Shown here piece after piece: positions 62,792 through 64,000 of a DNA stretch of 64,000 nucleotides. Under the pieces are notes generated by a model. It searched no databases and had not been told where the DNA came from. It worked only from the letters and a program-made list of their open reading frames with translations. Each line of letters starts with the position of its first letter. Positions within the stretch are counted from its first letter, which is position 1. Position numbers and translations under genes: made by a program. The stretch is from Felis catus (taxonomy: Eukaryota), in contig NC_058369.1 of NCBI RefSeq assembly GCF_018350175.1, positions 10,604,001-10,668,000 on the forward strand, written 5' to 3'.

Positions 62792-63549
62792 TTATTTTGG
62801 GACATATAAGTAGGTATATAAGCAGGAGTGAAACTCCAAATGATCATTCTATGTTTACATTTTAAGGAACTGGCACAATCTTTTCTACACTAGCTGTGCC
62901 ACTTTTCATTCTCATTGGCAAGCACCACAGGGCTGCAATTTCCCCTTATCCTCACCAACAACTATTTTCTGTTTAGTTTTAAAAAAATAGCCATTCTAGT
63001 ATGTGTGTTGTGGTATCACATTATGGGTTTGATTTGCATTTCCCTAATGATTAGTCATGTTTGACTCTAAATATCCATACCTATATCTTCTTTGGAGAAG
63101 TGTCTATTTGAGTCTATTGCTTTCTTTTTCTTTTAACAATTTTTTTTAAATTTATTTAAAAATTTTAATTCCAGTACAGTTAACATACAGTGTAACATTA
63201 GTTTCAGGTGTACAATATAGTGATTTGGCACTTCTGTACAACAGCCGGTGCTCATCATGACAAGGACAGTCCTTAATCCCCATCACCTATTTCACCCATC
63301 CCCCCGCCCCCTCAACACCCTCTGGTAACCATCAGTTTGTTCTCTATAGTTAAGAGTCTGTTTCTCGTTTTCTCTGTCCTTTCTTCCCCTTGCTCATTTG
63401 TACTGTTTCTTAAATTGCACATATGAATGAAAGCATATGGTATTTGTTTTTCTCCGAATGACTAATTCCATTTAGCATAAGACCTTCTAGCTTATGCTAA
63501 GGTTGAAAAGCAAGATTTCAGTTTTTTTTTATTGGCTGAAAAATATTCC

Positions 63550-63552
<3 letters not shown>

Positions 63553-63588
<36 letters not shown>
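63553..63588. repeat. (TG)n microsatellite
   Basis: Direct run. Confidence 0.95.
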
Positions 63589-63591
<3 letters not shown>

Positions 63592-64000
63592 TACCGCATC
63601 TTCTTTATTCATTCATCTGTTGGTGGACACATGAGCTGCTTCCACAATTTGGATATTGTAAATGATGCTGCTGTAAGCATAGAGGTGCAAGTATCCCTTT
63701 GAATTTTTTAAAAATATTTTTGGGGTAATGACCCCGTAGTGCAATTACTGGATTGCAGAGAGGCTTTATTTATGCCTTGAAGGAGCCTCTATACTCTTTT
63801 CCGCAGTGGCAACTCCAGTTTCTATTTCCACCAACAATATCAGAGGGTTCTCTTTTCTCCAAATCATTGCCCACACTTACTGTTTTTTCTTTTTAATCTT
63901 TTAAAAAAGTTTTTATTATGGAGGCATTGAGTCAGTCGATTGTACACCTGAAATGAATATTATACTGTATGTTAAGTAACTGGAATTTAAATTTTAAAAT

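Noticed and set aside
1..64000. CRISPR arrays, prokaryotic systems, endogenous retrovirus or a wholly novel system
   Set aside because: No regularly spaced repeat-spacer structure, no LTR/gag/pol/env signature and no unexplained long ORF. OR duplication units plus L1/SINE account for what is seen.

Overview
Mammalian DNA, almost certainly from a felid given the young felid-type Can-SINEs and carnivore LINE-1s. The window is part of a tandem array of class II olfactory receptor family 7 (OR7A/OR7C-like) genes. Four head-to-tail + strand copies are present: A is a pseudogene (7687-8652), B (25183-26148) and C (46289-47257) have intact ORFs, and D (58521-59480) is open but carries C189Y and a frameshifted C-tail. 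Each copy sits in a duplicated unit of roughly 10-13 kb net of insertions. The unit has a candidate homeodomain+O/E (Lhx2/Ebf-type) promoter motif, candidate non-coding 5' exons, an acceptor 17 nt before the ATG, and a conserved 3' flank. The units are inflated by two near-full-length antisense L1s (one holding a younger nested L1), a solo L1 5'UTR, a truncated L1, about 21 SINEs, old L1 fragments and microsatellites. Nearly all other ORF-track entries are repeat-derived or spurious. I found no evidence for a new class of biological system. The noteworthy signals are regulatory motifs, paralogue mosaicism and retrotransposon insertion history. All comparisons were made by eye and repeat boundaries are approximate.
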